DNA of 60,383 nucleotides, filler included, from Perkinsus olseni (Eukaryota): NCBI GenBank assembly GCA_013115125.1. It is 10 parts of 10 records of this genome, joined end to end, with 100 filler letters (N's around TTAATTAATTAA, not from the genome) between each part and the next. Parts side by side here need not be neighbours in the genome. Positions count along the whole stretch, not along the records: positions 54,489 to 60,383 come from JABANN010001152.1; 9 more parts are not named here. One strand, 5' to 3'. Shown piece by piece: positions 59,622 to 60,383 of this stretch (position 1 is its first letter; each line of letters starts with the position of its first letter). The notes under the pieces were generated by a model. It saw only the letters and a program-made list of their open reading frames with translations, ran no database searches and was not told where the DNA came from. The position numbers and the translations under genes were made by a program.

Positions 59622-60383
59622 GGTCAAGCTAAGATACCGACTCTCTTCACGTTGTTTGATGTTGATGTGCCGCTGATATCTTTCGCGTTAGTACCGTGCA
59701 ATCCTCGCCTCTACACGCCTCGGGCGGCTCCTCGAAGTCATTTCCATCGCGTTCACCGAAGCAGCTGTGCGAGATACACGACTATGGAATCTTTGTTTGA
59801 TGCTAGTCAGAGACCGAATGGGTTGATTGCATCAGCTCGACGCTTGACTTGGAGAGATCTCAAGATAACGCTCCCACGATGTCTTCAGCAGCAAAATCGT
59901 TTAAATGATGGGCAGCCCGGCACCCACCGTCCGGCGTCGTGCTATTATTCCAATTCCGAACCAGCCATCTAGTGCTATCATGTTGGTATGCAGCAGACAG
60001 CAGTCAAGTCGACTCAGTCAACCTCTGGCTTGGTCGGTAGCGTCCACCTGCTCGGGTGTTTCACAATCAGATGGCGGTTGAGGATTGAGTGTTGCTCCAT
60101 GTAAGGCTACTCAAAATAATCGGCTCTGGAGCTTGCCGTCTCCAAGGCTCGCACACGAAAATCCGGTTCGGGAGAAGTCTTATCTGTCTTAACTTCGGAA
60201 GTCCTAAGTATGTGCGTCACACTCGGGCGCGTGCCATCGAAGGCAAGAGGATAGCAAGTAGTACTTCACTTTCGCGACATCAAGAATGTTCCATAATGCG
60301 CTATCATAGCAGCAGCGGAGTTGTCAAGGTTACTGCGATGGAAGTCTTCTTCGGAGGGACCAACTGACGCAACAACGTTGGTC

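Noticed and set aside
59001-59627. 208-aa minus-strand ORF (and similar antisense ORFs such as 5342-5890 and 38159-38605)
   Set aside because: Antisense shadows of better-supported ORFs on the opposite strand.

Overview
This is eukaryotic DNA and not one locus. It consists of ten unrelated scaffolds of about 5.9-6.0 kb, sorted by decreasing length and joined by artificial 100-nt spacers (44 N + TTAATTAATTAA + 44 N). The dense, very short GT-AG introns, alveolate-type genes and expanded secreted-protein families suggest a perkinsozoan such as Perkinsus (inference). Contents: two BEL/Pao-like LTR retrotransposon gag-pol/pol regions; a tRNA-Pro/tRNA-Val tandem array next to an intron-containing Dada-like DDE transposase; a divergent eIF5B gene; a Cys-less Grx5-like gene; tRNA-Gly(CCC); an intron-rich tyrosine recombinase gene that the ORF track only shows as fragments; an endogenous CRESS-type HUH-SF3 Rep with a candidate nick-site hairpin; and several lineage-specific secreted-protein genes. 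The most striking unexplained signal is a stereotyped 22-nt 7+8+7 motif: 8-mer minus last base, then its full reverse complement, then 8-mer minus first base. It occurs exactly eight times with eight different 8-mers on four scaffolds, as expected for hairpin-type (hAT-like) transposon excision footprints healed by microhomology joining. All family assignments come from motifs read by eye; no database search was run.
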